64,000 nucleotides of DNA, taken from the NCBI GenBank assembly GCA_951406725.2, contig OX597818.1, forward strand, positions 19,964,001 to 20,028,000. The letters are read 5' to 3'. The notes below the pieces were generated by a model that was not told the origin of the DNA, made no database searches, and saw nothing but the letters and a program-made list of their open reading frames with translations. Shown here one piece after another: positions 60,561 to 64,000 of the stretch (its first letter is position 1; every line of letters begins with the position of its first letter). Made by a program: the position numbers and the translations under genes. This stretch comes from Octopus vulgaris (lineage: Eukaryota).

Positions 60561-62235
60561 ATTATCAATCATCATCATCATCATTATTATTGTCTTCATC
60601 ATCATCATCATTATCATCAGTCTGATAGCAGTAACAGTAGAACACAGGACAAAATATTTTGCAGTATTTAATTATGTCTCCTTATATCTCAAATTCAAAT
60701 CCTGCCAGGGTTGACTTTGCCCTTTCATTACTCATTTCTATGCTTTGTCTTTTCTGTAATCTTAGCCCAAGCACTACTGAAGTCTACTTTGACTTTGATT
60801 TCTCTACAATTAATTTTATTTTACAAACTTCCTACCAGAAACTTTTGGCTCTTTGCATCTTGAAGTCAATCAATTTCATAAGATTTAGAAGGACAAGAAA
60901 GCATTGTACAATAGAACAAGTAATCAGCCTTTGCTGAGTGGAATCTATGACTTGGTTTTGATTCTCAGTTTCTGCTAGTTAACTTTATTTATACAACTGG
61001 TGTTAATGTTTGCCTTAAAAAAAAGGCAATGAATGTCATACAATTTTATTCCCCTTCCCTATTAAAGTTGTGGTTTTGAGTGAATCTGGAGAAATTGTTG
61101 AAAAATTATAGTAATTGTGCAATACATATATAATTTATATAAAAATCAAATTTATTATTATATCAATCACTTAATCAATGTTTTATTTATCCCTGGTAAG
61201 CATTGTAGAGCAAGAAATAAGGTCCCAGGCTGCTGAGTACCACATTATATGGGCTATGGGTCAGCATAAACAGTAAGGTATTGGACAAAGTGCTTTGCAG
61301 TATTTAGCTTCATCTCTTTTCATTCTGTTCCAAGTCGAGACAAGAAATACTAGTTAAGTATTAGGGTCCATTTATAGCCTTGCCCTAAAATTTGTGCTTA
61401 TGGTAAATTTCAAAATTCTCTTCATTATTATTTAGGTGAGGAATAGCAAAACCTATGGAATAACAAACAAAATGCTCTGCAGTACTTAACTTCATTCCTT
61501 TACATTCTAAGTTCAAATCCTGCTCGGTTCAATTTTGCCTTTCATCAATCTCAGGTTGATAAAATAAAATACCAGCCACTTATTGAGGCTGATTTAATTA
61601 ACTAACTAACCCCCTCCCGCTTAAATTTTTGGCCTTGTGCCCATATAAGAAGTGATTATAATTATTTTGTTATAGTTTCATTAATTTATTTTCAGATATA
61701 GTGCCTGGTGCTCTGTATTTTCTATTGAAATTAACTAATTACCTTTATATCAATAAAATTTTATGAAATCTTTTAAACTATTTCTTGTTTATATATTTTA
61801 TTTTCTCTTTTAAAACATCCATCATCATCATCATCATCATACATCTGTTTTTTCATGCTGGCATCAGTGCATTTGTCTTGCATCATCTCAACAATGTTTC
61901 AGTCTCTCCTCATCTACCATGCCCAGAGGAAAAGAGAAGCATCCAACTTTGTTGTTGTTTTGTGTGTGTATGTATGTGTGTTAAAAACAAAAGGAAGAAA
62001 ATACTTTGAGAACTTTAACATGAACGAAAAAGAGAAATTTACATTTTTATGAAACATGCTATCAGTTTCAGTAATTTTAAAAACAATTTGGTCATGCTGT
62101 AAGTGAAGGGAAAATAAATTGAAAATTCTAAGAGTTCATGTATTTTTTTAACTAAAGTCACATAGTGCTAATAGTTGTTTCCTAGTGATTGTTGCTGGAT
62201 CACAGTACTAGTAACAGCAATAGCTTTAGCAGTGG

Positions 62236-62276
<41 letters not shown>

Positions 62277-62277
62277 A

Positions 62278-63232
62278 GTGGGCAAGCTAGATGTAGTAGA
62301 TAGCTTCCATTATCTAGGTGACCAAGTTAGTAGTGAAAGTGGATGTTCCAAGAGCATAGTCATGAGAATAAAATTAAGATGGACAAAGTTCAGAGCACTC
62401 CTACCCCTGCTGACAACAAATGGCCTCTCTCTCAGAGTTGATGCTTGTGTGCGAACAGCTTTGCTACATGGCAGTGAAACATGGGCTCTGACAGCCAAGG
62501 AAATGTGTAGGCTTGAAAGAAATGAAGCCAGTATGCTTCGCTGGATGTGCAATGTCAGTGTGCATGTTTGACAGAGTGTAAGCATCTTGAGAGAAAAGTT
62601 AGGCATAAAAGGCATCGGATATGGTGTGCAAGAGAGACAACTGTGCTGTTATGGTCATGTGATAGATATGGATAAGGACAGCTGTGTAAAGAAGTTCCAA
62701 TCTCTAACTGTGGAGGGAACCTGTGGTAAAGGTAAACCCAGGAAGACATGGAACATGGTGGTGAAGCAATGACTAGTGACCGAGACCTTTGACAATGTGC
62801 TGTACTTGGTAGGATTCATCTAGCCAAGTGCATCTGTGCTGGTGGCATGTAAAGAACACCTCATGGAGACAAAGTGGCTGAGTTCCTTTCAAGCATTGGG
62901 CCTCACGAAGGCAAAGTGGCTGAGTTCCTTTCAGATGTTGGGCCTCATGGAGGCAATGACCGAGACCTTTGACATTATGTCGTGCTTGAGAAGAAGACTC
63001 ATCAGGCCAAGCAAAATCAATGTCATGGCAAATACCAGTGTCTTGCAAATGGCACGTAAAAACACCCATTACACTCTCAAAGTGGTTGACATTAGGAAGG
63101 GCATCCAGCCATAGAACACCCTGCCAAATCAGACTGGAGTCTGGTGCAGCCTTCCAGCATGCCAGCCTGGTTGAACTGTCTAACCCATGCTGGCATGGCA
63201 ACAGACATTAAATGATGATGATGATGATGATG
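62278..63232 (+). mobile_element. 5'-truncated RTE LINE: C-terminal ORF, 3'UTR and (GAT)n tail
   Basis: LDVVDSFHYLGD...LLHGSETW...LERNEASMLRWMC...ERQL..YGHV...GKGKPRKTW, continuing directly into the 3'UTR repeat family. Confidence 0.88.
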
Positions 63233-63539
63233 TATGTATAATCAAAGCAACAGAAGCAGTATAAATACCAAAAGTTAAACTTTATCACCACTAAAAAGTG
63301 GATGCTGTATTAGAACACACAATATTGCAATATTTACTATTTCCTTTATGACAGTACATACTTTTTCTTGTCTGTCCCAAACAACAATATTCGGCATGTT
63401 ATGCTTACACTTGACAGACGTTCTAATGGGAATGTTCCACCAGTATTCTTTGAGTTGATGTCTGTGTTCAATAACAGGGTGATCCTTTATGTTTATTCCA
63501 TATGTATGTACATATATATATATATATATGACATGTTAA

Positions 63540-63843
63540 ATCATGCCGGTGACACGTTAAATGCCAGCGCCACCTGACTGGCGTCCGTGTCAGTGACATG
63601 TAAAAGCACCAACCAATCGTGGCCGTTTGCCAGCCTCCTCTGGCCCCTGTGCTGGTGGCACGTAAAAAGCACCCACTACACTCACTGAGTGGTTGGTGTT
63701 AGGAAGGGCATCCAGCTGTAGAAACACTGCCAGATCAGACTGGAGCCTGGTGCAGCCTCCTGGCTTCCCAGACCCCGGTGGAACCACCCAACCCATGCTA
63801 GCATGGAAAACGGACGTTAAACGATGATGATGATGATGATGAT
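63540..63843 (+). mobile_element. RTE 3'UTR copy
   Basis: Family match with (GAT)n tail. Confidence 0.85.
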
Positions 63844-64000
63844 ATATATTAATGCTTGTTTTTATTTGAGTTACATTAAACAGAAAGATTATTCAATAAT
63901 TTTTGTAGAGTACCCATTTACAAGAATAGTGTTGACATTAACTTCAAAGTTTCAGCTTGTTTAACCTACATTGGACAGTTCAATGAAAGCTAAGCAGACT

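Noticed and set aside
60889-60978. Alternative last exon KDKKALYNRTSNQPLL... with a dileucine
   Set aside because: Poor acceptor with a competing upstream AG, and no acidic residue at the required position

Overview
AT-rich, microsatellite- and repeat-dense animal genomic DNA. The SINE/LINE families look like those of octopus/coleoid cephalopods; this is an inference, no search was run. One protein-coding gene can be assembled by eye on the + strand: a CD36-family class B scavenger receptor, LIMP-2/SCARB2-like. It has 13 coding exons from ATG 13705 to TAA 59291, all GT-AG with matching phases, giving 1437 nt and 478 aa. It ends in a LAMP-type lysosomal motif (GYESI-stop) rather than the vertebrate LIMP-2 dileucine signal. 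Most of the rest is decayed transposons (RTE, CR1, R4/Dong and Penelope-like retroelements; Tc1, mariner, pogo, hAT and MITE/foldback DNA elements; several tRNA-derived SINE families), and some stretches remain unassigned. The most notable non-coding signal is a set of hammerhead-ribozyme (HHR) motifs in the introns. Three unrelated inverted repeats carry an HHR in each arm, and three further minimal HHR variants occur singly. At 19217-19296 (- strand), all hammerhead core and stem segments are present in a non-circularly permuted order, inside a 765-bp unit bounded by 160-bp direct repeats. Repeat boundaries are approximate, and family names come from motif recognition rather than database hits.
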